The position numbers and the translations under genes are program-made. DNA of 64,000 bases from Octopus sinensis (lineage: Eukaryota). Below are positions 51,801-63,655 of this stretch, piece by piece. How positions within the stretch are numbered: position 1 is the stretch's first letter; the number at the start of each line of letters is the position of its first letter. The notes beneath the pieces were generated by a model, which worked only from the letters and a program-made list of their open reading frames with translations, had not been told where the DNA came from and did not search any database. The stretch spans positions 14,942,001 through 15,006,000 of the forward strand of contig NC_043025.1 in NCBI RefSeq assembly GCF_006345805.1. Direction: 5' to 3'.

Positions 51801-53028
51801 AAGGTGTAGGTAGAAACTCCATAAGATGTACCCAGTGTAAGCTATGGACACATAAGAGGTGCAGCAACATTAAAGGAAAATTAGAAGATAGCTTTCATAT
51901 GCAGCAGATGCACAGGGACAATAGACACCACATACTCAGAAAACAGATTCCATCACACTCCAGGGGGAGAAACTAGAAGTAGTTGATAGTTTCTGCTATC
52001 TAGGTGACCAAGTTAGTAGTGGAGGTGGATGCTCAGAGAGTGTCACCACTAGAATACAAATAGCCTGAGCAAAGTTTAGAAAGCTCCTACCCCTACTGGT
52101 GACAAAGGGTCTCTTGCTCAGAGTGAAAGGTAGATTGTATGATGCATGTGTGTGAAACATGGGCTGTGACTGCAGAGGACATGTGTAGGCTTGAAAGAAA
52201 TGAAGCTAGCATGATCCGCTGGATATGTAATGTCAGTGTGCACACACGACAGAGTGTAAGCACTCTGAGAGAAATGCTGGACATAAGAAGCATCAGATGT
52301 GGTGTGCAAGAGAGACGGTTGTGCTGGTATGGTCATGTACTGCTGATGGATGAGGAGAGATATGTGAAGAAGTGCCACTCCCAAACATTTGAAGGTATCC
52401 GGGAGAGAGGTAGACCCAGGAAGACATGGGATGAGGTGGTCAAACATGACCTTTGAATGTTGGGCCTCACAGAGGCAGTGCCGAAAGACCGAGATCTCTG
52501 GAGATATGCTGTGACTGCCAAGACCCCAAAAATAATGTGAGTTCATGGCTGCTTCCTGCACCAGTTTCACATAGCCCCAGCCCATCCAAAGTACCTTGGA
52601 TTGCAGAACGACCTGCTGTGTTTACCTTTGATTGTAGGGTGACCCGCTGTGCTTGAGGAGACCTATTGAGTCAAGTATGTCAACATCAAAATAAAAATCA
52701 AATGGAAATTGTAGTTGCAATACCCGTGCCCGTGGCACGTAAAAAGCACCATCTGAACGTGGCCAATGCCAGCGCCACCTAGACTGTCTTCTGTGCCGGT
52801 GGCACATAAAAAGCACCAACCAACCGTGGCCACTGCCAGCCTCCCCTGGCACTTGTGCTTGTGGTATGCAAAAAGCACCCGTTACACTCTTGGAGTGGTT
52901 GGCATTAGGAAGGGCATCCAGCTGTAGAAACCTTGCCAGATCAGATTGGAACCTCGTGCATCCTCCTGGCTTCCCAGACCCCAGTCAAACTAGCATGGAA
53001 AACGGATGTTAAATGATGATGATGATGA
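51801..53028 (+). mobile_element. 5'-truncated RTE LINE: ORF C-terminus plus complete 3' UTR
   Basis: LEVVDSFCYLGD...RVKGRLYDACV/TWAVTAEDMCRLERNEASMIRW...WYGHVL...RGRPRKTWDEVVKHDL; UTR with GTGCC/GGCAC units and a (GAT)n tail. Confidence 0.92.
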
Positions 53029-53303
53029 CTATATATATATATATATATGTTTGTTTGTTTGCTTGTGCAGCTGTAGATGGCACGGCATTTAAATTGATGT
53101 AATGCTTGCATTGTTCAATGAAATGAACTCACCTGAAGCAGTTGTACAGCATCTCTTCTTGATCTCTTGTTGCTTATCTTGATTTTAGTCACCTTACTTC
53201 GAGCTGTGCGGATAATACTAGACTGGCTTGGTACTTCAACTTAAGTACCTAGTTCAACTGCATCTCAATTATTTCTTATATATATATATATATATATATA
53301 TAA

Positions 53304-53715
53304 TTATAACAATGAGGGTCTTTGCAACAGGTTGCTAGACCACATACCGAAAGTATTAGAAATAGCAGCCAGAAGACTGCTATTTCCTTTTACTACAAAA
53401 TATGTCTCCACAGACAACAGTATTTGTAACTGATTATGTGGCAAAAAAATGAAGAAAAATAACGAAATCAAACAATCTCTGGTCAATTATGGACGCACAT
53501 TTCTGGATTAGAATCATAGATTCATTTCCTTCATCAACATAATATTCTGATAAATAAATCTAGAAATGCTAGGAAATCTTACCCTCCATATTCCGAACAG
53601 GTGACATCGGGCATACAGAGTATGTAGTAAAAGAAATAACAGTCCTCTGGCTGCTATTTCTAATACTTTCGGTATGTGGTCTAGCAACTTGTTGCAAAGA
53701 CCCTCATTGTTATAA
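53304..53715. repeat. Inverted repeat, arms about 100 bp, spacer about 210 bp, bounded by (TA)n
   Basis: TTATAACAATGAGGGTCTTTGCAAC... and ...GTTGCAAAGACCCTCATTGTTATAA. Confidence 0.88.
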
Positions 53716-54062
53716 ATATATATAATTTTACCGAATATGGTCCTTTTCTATACCGAAATACTACTTGGTGAAATTTGTTGATTTTATTAAATTAATTATA
53801 TTTCACCCTTTATCTGTATATATATATATATATATATATATAATTGATATAGGATAAAATTTTTTTCCGGAAAAAATTTTTATCAATGGCCAGCATATCA
53901 AAAAATGCCTTTAAAGGTAAAATTTATACATAATTTACAAGATAAGGGCAGAAGAAAAATTCTAATGCCAGATATGCCGAAACAAAAAAATTGTCGATAA
54001 CCATTAAATTTATGTGTCTCGAAACAAACCGATAGAAATCTCTAAAATATTCATTATTACCA

Positions 54063-54271
54063 TATTGGTCCAATTTCGGGGTTAATTCACAAGAGATTTT
54101 CCCCTCTTCAGCGCACATACACGAGATATAAATGAAATACTTATTCATACCCACGGAAGAAGAAGCACCACTTCTTCCATGGGTATGAATAAGTATTTCA
54201 TTTATATCTTGCGTATGTGCCGCTGAAGAGGGGAAAATTTCTTGTGAATTAACCCCGAAATTGGACCAATA
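54063..54271. repeat. Fold-back hairpin, arms about 100 bp, 8-nt loop
   Basis: 54063-54162 pairs with 54171-54271. The left arm continues an unclassified repeat also seen at 835-1075. Confidence 0.9.
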
Positions 54272-54274
54272 CAG

Positions 54275-54966
54275 TATCCTGCAACTCTTCTGCATGGTCT
54301 CCTTGCTTAAGTTAGTGAATGTTGCTATAATCCTTGCCTTCAGTTCATCATGTTAGAAAGAGTATTGTTGGTCTCTCATTCAACTGTGCCCCATACATAA
54401 TAATCAAGGGGTTTGCAGTCTGGGGAGTTAAGTGACCAGATGTTAGGGGTGATGTGGTTGCAGAAATTGTATAACAGCCATGTCTGGGTTCTCCAGCTTG
54501 TGTGGAATGATGCAGAGTTCTGTTGCCAGACATAGGGTCTTCAAGCAGCCACCCTCTAGATCCAGGGCAGCTCTACCTCCTCCAGGCATTTGATGTGGGC
54601 CTCCGTGTTGAGTCTGAGACCATATGGAAAGATGAATGGAGGCATAACGTTGCCATCACTAGAGATCACTCCAAACACCATGAGTTGACTGGCTCTTTGA
54701 TTTTTATCCCTCTCAGTACATGTCCTCAGATTAACACCCAAACACTCTGAAATGTTTATATTGGAGCTTCCGGTTCAAATGTCAAGTAGTACAGCATGTT
54801 GTCTCAAATTTCTGGCAGAGCAAATTACATCATGGTGCTGTTTTTCTCACAAATGGTGCCCAACAGACCCTACCATGCTATGTAGTTGACAAAATCAAAA
54901 GCAAACAATGTGCATGCACGAAATTAAAAATGTAAAATGGCAACAATTTACTCATCACACCCTGTA
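54275..54966 (-). mobile_element. Tc1/mariner-superfamily remnant, DD37D (maT)-like
   Basis: VMVFGVISSDGNVMPP...YVWQQNSASFH...WSLNSPDCKPLDYYVWGTVE; left end TA-CAGGGTGTGATGAGTAAATTG at 54966. Confidence 0.75.
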
Positions 54967-55513
54967 TACACACACATACACACGCATACACACACACACA
55001 CACATTTGAGAACATCTTTATAAAGAAACATTGATGCATCTGTGGGAATAATAGTTTCCATATATATATATATATACTTAATAAAAAGGGTTCAGCAAAG
55101 ATTTGCTTTACCACATACCGAAATTTAGAAACAGCAGCTAAAAACATTAGCTATTTCTTCTACTTTAAAAAGAGACTCCCAGAAAAATCAAAATACTTGA
55201 AAACAATCACACAGGCAGAGAGGAAAAGTAACGAGAATCAATCATATATATATAAAATACAAAAGTGGGACAAGGACGCAAAACATCCAGACAGACGATA
55301 CAAAGAAAACAAGGGCGGGTCTTCAGAGTTTTCTTTCTTCAGTTGAGTTCCAGATTATCTTTGCTATTTTGGCTGGTTATACTCGAGATTGCTCCAATCT
55401 GGCCAGCCTCAAGGAAAAACTAAGCTAAGAGCTTGGAAGAAAGCAGCAAATGTATACGAAAACAAGGATGGAAAAAAACAGAGAAATGTTACATATATAT
55501 ATATATATATATA

Positions 55514-56080
55514 TAGGGTTGTCCAGATAGTTCTTGCCGATTTATAGTAGCTTCCCTTTCAACTTATTTTAGAACATGGTTGAGTCCATAAAATAGGATT
55601 TGACTACGCCTCCATTTAGAGCACAGTTTAAGCTATCTTTTCGTGGAAGAAGGTTTATGTTCCTATAACCTGTGTTAATTCTGTAACCCTTTAAAATGGA
55701 AGGTAAGAAAGTTCATTTTCAGTATTTGATGCTTTGGGAATCAGACAAAAATTGCTGCAGCTTGGCTGGGATGTGTTACCCACCCTCCATATTCACCAGA
55801 TATTGCTCCTTCAGATTTCCACTTATTCAGGTCTCTGCAGAATAGTCTTAATGGTAAAAAATTCAATTCCTTGAATGACGTAAAAAGTTACCTTGATGAA
55901 TTCTTTGCCATGAAACCACCTCAATTCTGGGAAGAGGGTATTTTCAAGTTAAAGGAAAGATGGAGATGCATTGTGCAACAAAATGGTTCATATTTGATTG
56001 ATTAAAAATGTAATGGCAAGTATTTAGTGACCTTTTTCTTTCCTTTAAAAATCAGCATGAACTTTCCGGACAACTAAATA
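55514..56080 (+). mobile_element. Internally deleted mariner with both TIRs
   Basis: Left TATAGGGTTGTCCAGATAGTTCTTGCCGATTT matches the reverse complement of right AAATCAGCATGAACTTTCCGGACAACTAAATA. N-terminal MEGKKVHF (55696) is fused to HPPYSPDIAPSDFHLF...NGSYLID* (56005). Confidence 0.9.
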
Positions 56081-57114
56081 TATAATCACACACACACACA
56101 CACAAGCATAAACATGGCTGTGGTCTAAAGACTGAAACAAGTAGAAATGAAAGATATATATGTATCTGTGTATGTGTATATGTCTGCTAATCTTTAAATA
56201 CATACACACACACACGCGCGCGTATATATCTGTATTGTATTTAAGTAAGATGTATGTATATCTGTCTATGTCTAATCAGTCTATAAGCACACACGTACAC
56301 ATATACAAGCGGAATAGTCGGGATCACTGTAGTCATGGTAACAGAAAATAAACTTAAGTTGCTGTTTCCATCAGTGAGAAGAAAAGTTTCCATTTCTTGA
56401 ACTCCGCCTCACAAATGACGTCATGTGTTTTGTTGCTAGGAGACAAGAGAGTAAACAGAGGCAAATGACACGCCCATTATTTTAGTTAGTTATGATGAGT
56501 TTGAGAAAGTTTCGTTGCTCCAGAAGGGCAGTCAGGGACGAAAGGTGAAGAAGTTGTCTGCTGACCTTTGGTGCTGCCAACACCAAATCTTTTGTCAATG
56601 AATCCTTATAGGTGCAGGTGTGGCTGTGTGGTACGAAGTTTGCTCCCCAACCACGTGGTTCCAGGTTCAATCCCACTGCATCTACTCCTGGGTAGACTAT
56701 AGCTTCAAGCTGACCCCCAAATACATACATCTGGAATGACCCTGCAGGTAGGGTCAGATATGAATATATACATGTATATACATATACACATATGCATTTA
56801 TTTATGGATATATATAAATACACATATACATCTGTATATTATATATGCCATGATAGATCGTTAACCACTACACGCATTTTTCTCTCTCCTATTTTTCCCT
56901 CCTTTTTTCTCTCCTTTTTTCTCTCCTTTTTTTCTCTCCTTCTTTCTCTCCTTGTTTTTTCTGTGTCCCTTTTTGTAGAAGAGCATAGGCTCGAAACGTA
57001 AAAGACTTTTTCTATTCCTGAGCATTATACTAATACATCTGTTTGTTTTGTACACCACCTGTCTTTTGTTTTTTTCGTAAACTCTCCCTATTATATATAT
57101 ATACATATATTTAG

Positions 57115-58112
57115 GGTAAAGACTCGTGTGCTGTGGCAGTTGAGGGGACCTGTGGAAGAGGTAGACCAAGGAAAACCTGGGTCGAGGTGGTGAAGCACGA
57201 CCTTCGAACTCTAGGTCTCACCAAGGAAATGACCAGAGACCAAGACCTATGGAAGTATGCTGTGTGCGAGAAGACCCGGCAAGACCAGTGAGAACAATCA
57301 AAATCAAATCATATATCAGAAAGCAGGGGTTAAGTGACCCATCCGTTCGTGTCCGCTGTCAGCTTCGTCTGTCACCCGTGCCGGTGATACGTAAAAGCAC
57401 CATTCACTCGTGGCCGTTTGCCAGCTCTGCCTGGCCCCCGTGTCGGTGGCACGTAAAAGCACCATCCGTTCCTGTTCGTTGCCAGCCTCGCCTGGCCCCG
57501 TGCCGGTGACACGTAAAAGCACCGTCCGTTCGAGGCCGTTTGCCAGCTCTGTCTGGCCCCGTGTCAGTGGCACAAAAGCACCATCCGTTCGTGTCCGTTG
57601 CCAGCCTCAGCTGGCCCCCGTGCCGGTGACACGTAAAAGCACCGTCCGTTCGTGGCCGTTTGCCAGCTCTGTCTGGCCCCGTGTCAGTGGCACAAAAGCA
57701 CCATCTGTTCGTGTCCGTTGCCAGCCTCAGCTGGCCCCCGTGCCGGTGACACGTAAAAGCACCGTCCGTTCGTGGCCGTTTGCCAGCTCTGTCTGGCCCC
57801 GTGTCGGTGGCACGTAAAAGCACCATCCGTTCGTGTCCGTTGCCAGCATCGCCTGGCCCCGTGCCGGTGACACGTAAAAGCACCATCCATTCGCGGCCGT
57901 TCGCCAGCTCTGTCTGGCACCTGTGCAGGTGGCACGTAAAAAACACCCACTACACTCGTGGAGTGGTTGGCGTTAGGAAGGGCATCCAGCCGTAGAAACA
58001 CTGCCAGATCTGACTGGGCCTGACGAAGCCTTCCAGCTTCACAGACCCCAGTTGACCCGTCCAACCCATGCTAGCATGGAAAGCAGACGCTAAATGATGA
58101 TGATGATGATGA
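57115..58112 (+). mobile_element. RTE LINE 3' end with an expanded 10-unit A/B UTR array (57339-57947)
   Basis: GRGRPRKTWVEVVKHDLRTLGL...*, then alternating units of about 60 bp ending AAAAGCACC, then the family terminus and (GAT)n. Confidence 0.88.
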
Positions 58113-58505
58113 TCTTCCTTTTCTCTCGGACTTTCCTTGATCTCCTGTTTCTGACAAAGAGCTTTGCTTGAAACATGAAACTACCTTTCTTTACTTCCCT
58201 GAGCGACTGCTAATACTTTGTATAAGTACCATGTCTTCGTGTTGTGTTTGTTCTTCGTTCTTTTGGGACTAGGCTGTGTGGTTAGGGAGCTTGCTTCCTA
58301 GCTACATGGTTTCAGGTTCAGTCCCACCGCATGGCACTTTGGGCAGGTGTCTTCCGCTATAGCCCCGAGTCGACCGGAGCTTTGTGATTGAATTCGGTAG
58401 GTGGAAGTTACTGCCGTATGTGTATATGTGCATGTAGGTGCTCAGTGCCTCTCCGAAAGAGCGAGAGGGATATATAATATATATATATACATATATACAC
58501 ACACA

Positions 58506-58552
<47 letters not shown>

Positions 58553-58555
<3 letters not shown>

Positions 58556-59405
58556 ATTAATAATATCAAAGGGTAATCAGAAATATTAGAAATTTCCATT
58601 ACTAGTGGCCTAGCGTGTAAAAATTTAGTCAATAGACTATATATTATTCATATACATACAGTGTACATTTAAACACATAAGAGGCATCCATCATAGGACT
58701 CCTTGCACGCTAGAGAAAACAGTTAAATTCCAAACCACTATTAGGGATAAAATTTCGAAGAGAATGAAAAATAAAAACATTTACCATCTAACTCCTGGAC
58801 CAATGGTTTCAGACTTATTTTAGCAAATAAAATAATTTGCTTGGTGAAGTCTTCTTCAGTAGGTACACCTTAGATTAAATATATTTACACAAGGCAATCC
58901 AGTATATGCCCCGTGCTTATACATTCTAATATTTCAAATCTACCACGCAAGCACAGCTCCTTGTCGGCAGTAAACGCTAGGCCGCTGGTAATCGAAATTT
59001 CTAATATTTCTGGTTACCCTTTGATATTATTAATTATTGATAACTTTTTTCTGGATAATTTTCAAATTGAAAAGCCGGCATTTTCATTTACTGCTGACAA
59101 GGAGCTGCACTTGAGTGGTAGAATTGAAAGATTAGAATGTATAAGCACTGGATTGCCTCATGTATATATATATTTAATCTAAGGTATATATATATTTAAT
59201 CTAAGGTATATATATTTAATCTAAGGTATATATATTTACTTTAAGGTTTACCTGCTGAAGAAGACTTCGCCTGGCAAATTATTTTATTTGCTAAAAAAAG
59301 TCTGAAACCATTGGTCCAGGAGTTAGATGGCAAATGTTTTTATTTTTCATTCCCTTCGAAATTTTATCCCTAATAGTAGTTTGAAATTTAACTGTTTTTT
59401 CTAGT
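58553..59405. repeat. Overlapping inverted repeats
   Basis: 58553-58620 is inverted to 58970-59040, and about 58710-58895 is inverted to 59205-59405. Confidence 0.8.
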
Positions 59406-59427
59406 GTGCAAGGGATTAAGTCAACTA

Positions 59428-59605
59428 TAAGGTGGCGAGCTGGCAGAATCATTAGCGAAATGCTTGGCGGTATTTCGCCCGTCGCTACATTCTGAGTTCA
59501 AATTCCGCCGAGGTCGACTTTGCCTTTCATTCTTTCAGGGTCGATGTAATCGACTTAATCCGTTTGTCTGTCCTTGTTTGTCCCCTCTATGTTTTAGCCC
59601 CTTGT
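59428..59605 (+). mobile_element. SINE family 3 with internal deletion
   Basis: TAAGGTGGCGAGCTGGCAGAA...GAGGTCGACTTTGCCTTTCAT. Confidence 0.8.
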
Positions 59606-60491
59606 ATGTCAGTGTGTCACACTTAGACCCCTCTCTCACTATTCAGTGACACTTCTACTATTCCTCATGATGGGGTGAGAGTAATAGTAGGCATAGAGAC
59701 AGTGAGAGCTTAGTCTGATTTTCACATTTTATTATTTACAATTTTTACAATTTTACAATATTATAACAAAAGTACTTTCATATGTTCCACAATCATCAGG
59801 GTTTTTGTAGTGACAGTCATGTCCTACAATTGCCAACTGTAGTGGATGTGTCCTTTAAATTCTCTCCAATGGTTTCCAACAGGTGGAATTGTATGAACTT
59901 TATTTCGACCAATAAGTATGTGGCTTAGATGTCATGGTTTGGTGAAAGTGCCAACTTGGTTAGCATTTATCCCACTTTTTTCAAGGAAATATTTTAGCCA
60001 AATATGCCATGGTTTGGTTTGCACATCAAGGGTTCTTTACTCTGATTGCACCTAAAGAAATAATCGTTTGGCTATATTTAGGTTTGTTGTAAACAACTTT
60101 CCCATTTTCATGGAATCCTCTTGCTGCTATTTCTACAATTTTCCAGAAATTTTACATTTCAATCCAATCAGTGTTGAATGGTTAACACTACCACCATCAT
60201 CACCACCACCTTTGTTATTGTTATTATTCATGGTGGTGGTGGTGGTGGTAGTAGTAGTAATAGCAGTAGTACTTACCAATATTATTATTATTATCATCAA
60301 AATTATATCATTATCATCATCAACGATGATGATGATGATGATGATGATGATATACATATGTTTCGACCCACCCTTCTACTGTCCCTTATGGGTGGGACTC
60401 CATTCAACATGCTGTTTGGCATCCATTTTGCAGTCTGGTTTAATACTAAATCCATCTTCTGGTTACTTAGTAGTATCATCATCATCGTCAT

Positions 60492-60857
60492 CATTACCTC
60501 ATTCTTAGCGAAAGCGGATGTATTGTTTTTTAGTCATGTCTGTTTGTCTGTGGACAAGATATCTCAAGAACTGCTGGATGGATTCGGATAAAACTTTCAG
60601 AGATGTTTGGCCTCATGACTGCCACAAATTGATTAGATTTTGGGATCGATCCAGTACTGGACAAGGATCCTGGATTATTTTCTGTTTTTTTTACTTCATT
60701 TTTGAGAGCAGTTGGGTTCATTTTTTAGTATTCTCGTTTGAGAGAGCAGTTGTGTTTATTTCAGATATTCTCATTTTAAAAATCCTCTCTGACTAATCAT
60801 TGAGAGGACGTTGGTGTTGCCTTGGTGGAGGTTTGCACTTTCTGAGTGCTCCAGTTG
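60492..60857 (+). mobile_element. Helentron-associated (HINE/DINE-like) non-autonomous element
   Basis: Starts ATTACCTC; ends GCCTTGGTGGAGGT-TT-GCACT-TTCTG-AGTGC (subterminal IR plus 3' stem-loop). Confidence 0.5.
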
Positions 60858-60873
60858 TTATTATTATAATATA

Positions 60874-63218
60874 CTAGCACTATGACCCGGTGTTGCATGC
60901 ATATACAGCTGCGTGCGTGTGCACATACACACGAGTACTGTCCAAATCTCTGACCAATCACATACAGCTAGCTGGCATTCAACTGGCGTATCAAGTTTCA
61001 GGCATTTTGATTGGGTTTTGGATAGAAAATTCACAAAAAGGTCACTTCTATTGATTTTTTAATGGTTTGCGGGGTGACTGGGGAAATGTAAAGATGTGCA
61101 CGACCACCCTTGGACAGTTTTGAATGACCATAGAAAGTGGAAGCCCTCTAACTGAAAAATTGTGGATTTGTATAAAGGACACACAGACAGACATTTTTCT
61201 GTTTATATATATACTAGCAGTATCGCCCAGCGTTGCTCGGGTTGTAAGGGAAATAACTATATAAGCATTTTTAGAGAGTTATAGCCAAAAAATAGCAAAA
61301 AAATGCATTAAAAATTGAAAAAAAATTAAGGTAAATTTTTTTTAAATCGTTGACACATCGTAGATATTTTTAGAGAGTTACTTCCCTTATATAAAAGCGA
61401 AAAAAATGCATTAAAATGGAAAAATATGATGGTAAATTTTTTTAAAATCGTAGACTCATCGTAGACGCACGCTAATACCCAGAAGGGCTCAATATGAATC
61501 ACGACTATAAGATACCCGCTTTTGGTTAAACTGCACCGCAAAATGTGGGAGTAGTTAGGAATCTAAATCGTAGGAGACAGACACACAACTTCACTCTTAT
61601 ATAAAGATGCTTTTTTTTTTTCAGTCATAGAGTTAGATTTATGAAGGTCTTCAGTAGAAAATCCTTCGAATTCTGACTCGCTGCTTGATATAATGAAATT
61701 CGTATCCATTTTTTGTCAGAATTACAAATTTTGAAAACACAATAGGAACAAATTTCGGAAAAAAATCTCCCATAATTCACGGAATTAAAATTACACTTCG
61801 ATTTTTGTACAAAACTGTAGTTGAAGTGTTTACGAAGTATAATACGTGTTTTCACGAATGTACTAAAGAGATTTGCTCTGATATTCTCATTTAAATATGA
61901 ATAGGTAAATTCGGGCCGCTTGGTAACGAAAGGGTTAAACGGATGCATACATTTATTAATCTCTTATTATAATAACTATATATAAGTGTCGTCTGTTTAT
62001 ACATAAACACTGTTTCATACTGCAATTATATATACATATATCTATATATAATATTATATAATAAAATATATACAGAGTAAAATAAAAACCAATTTACCTT
62101 TTCTGTCCATCCGTGTGTCTTTGCAAATGTGTTGGAATGATAAGTGAGTTGGGTTTTGGCGCCTTTTTTACTAATAACAAACACACACGTGTTTGTATGT
62201 AGTTGTATGTGTATGTAGTTGTATATGTATGTGTATGCGTGTGTGTGAGGAATGACACACACACACACTCACGCACGCACACATGTACATCAATGCTTTC
62301 GGAGTGATATGTTAAAATATTGAGTTTTCTCAAATTTTGTCTTAATTGGGGGTGAAATTGAAAAAAATATATTATGGCATGAGCGAATGGAGTACTTTGA
62401 AAAATCTTAGGTAAATTCTAATTGAAGAAATTGTGTGAGGAGTAAATGGTTATGTATTTATTTGTTTCTGTTTCATGTGTTTTTATATTTTTTGAGTAGT
62501 GGTTTAAATACTTTCAGTTTAATCTTCCTCAAATCACTCTGTCGCTATTTACTTTCATTTTATTCGTTGCACACTGTGTGTGTGCGTTTGCGTGTGGTGT
62601 AAACCAGACTAAGAAAAGCATTTGACACACACACCACAATGTGAGTTTTCTGTAAATTTTGCTTAATTGGAGTTTAAATTTTAAAAACAAAACTGGACCT
62701 GGCATGATGCGATGCATTCTACTCTTAAAAATGCTAGGTAAATTGTAATTGAAGAAATCCTATATTGTAGATTTCTATAACTCCCAAAGGGAGGCAGATA
62801 AAATCTGCCTTTTATAATAAGAGACTAGCAGTATCGCCCGGCGTTGCTCGGGTTTGTAAGGGAAATAATTATATAAGCATTTTTAGAGATGTAAAGTATA
62901 ATAGCCATCTCAATATGGCTAACCACAAAGGGGGAGGGGTGTTACTGTAGCTTTTTACGTTCTGAGATTTAATAATAAATTTTAGAGAGTTACTTCCCTT
63001 ATATATGTAAAAAATGGATTAAAAATAGGAAAAATTGATGGTAATTTTTTTTTTAATCGTAGACTCATCGTAGACGCGTGCTAATACCCAGACGGTCTCG
63101 ATATGAATCACGACTATAAGATACCCGGTTTTGGTTAAACTGCACCGCAAAATGTGGGAGTAGTTAGGAATCTAAATCGTAGGAGACAGACACACAACCT
63201 CACTTTTATATATAAAGA
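60874..63218 (-). mobile_element. Cluster of non-autonomous Helitron-like elements
   Basis: On the minus strand, elements end in a hairpin plus CTAG (60874, 61214, 62825) and start with TC (61607, 63218). 61214-61607 and 62825-63218 are related copies. Confidence 0.7.
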
Positions 63219-63281
63219 TTTCCTCTATTTACATAATATTGAGGTCTCTTTCTTTCTTTTGTTATCTTACTGTTTTTACCA

Positions 63282-63324
<43 letters not shown>

Positions 63325-63396
63325 TATATATAGTTACAGAGATGTACTTGCATAGCAAGTGACTTGATCTGAGATCGTGTGCTGGAACGAAAACAG

Positions 63397-63655
63397 TTGC
63401 AGCGTTGAAGGTGTTTATAAGCCATTTAAGAAACACACAAAAGCCGTTCGATTCACTTCAACATTTAAATTTAATTTGTCAAAATATTTTCGTCGCTTTG
63501 AGACCGCGGCCTGTTAGCACGATATTTTTGTCAGTGAACAGGTCGCGGTCTGAAAGCGAGGAAAATATTTTGGCAACTTAAATTTAAATGTTGAAGTGAA
63601 TCTAACGGTTTTTGTGTGTTTCTTAAATGGCTTACAAACACCTTCCACGCTGCAA
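63397..63655. repeat. Fold-back inverted repeat, arms about 119 bp, 21-nt loop
   Basis: 63397-63515 versus 63537-63655; a one-arm relative lies at 30110-30320. Confidence 0.85.

Noticed and set aside
57339-57947. CRISPR-like appearance of the 60-bp repeats
   Set aside because: The intervening sequence is itself repeated (A/B), and the array sits in an RTE 3' UTR between the ORF end and the (GAT)n tail.
59255-59285. CTGAAGA-A-GAC... motif in the inverted arm
   Set aside because: No GAAA or paired stem II in either arm.
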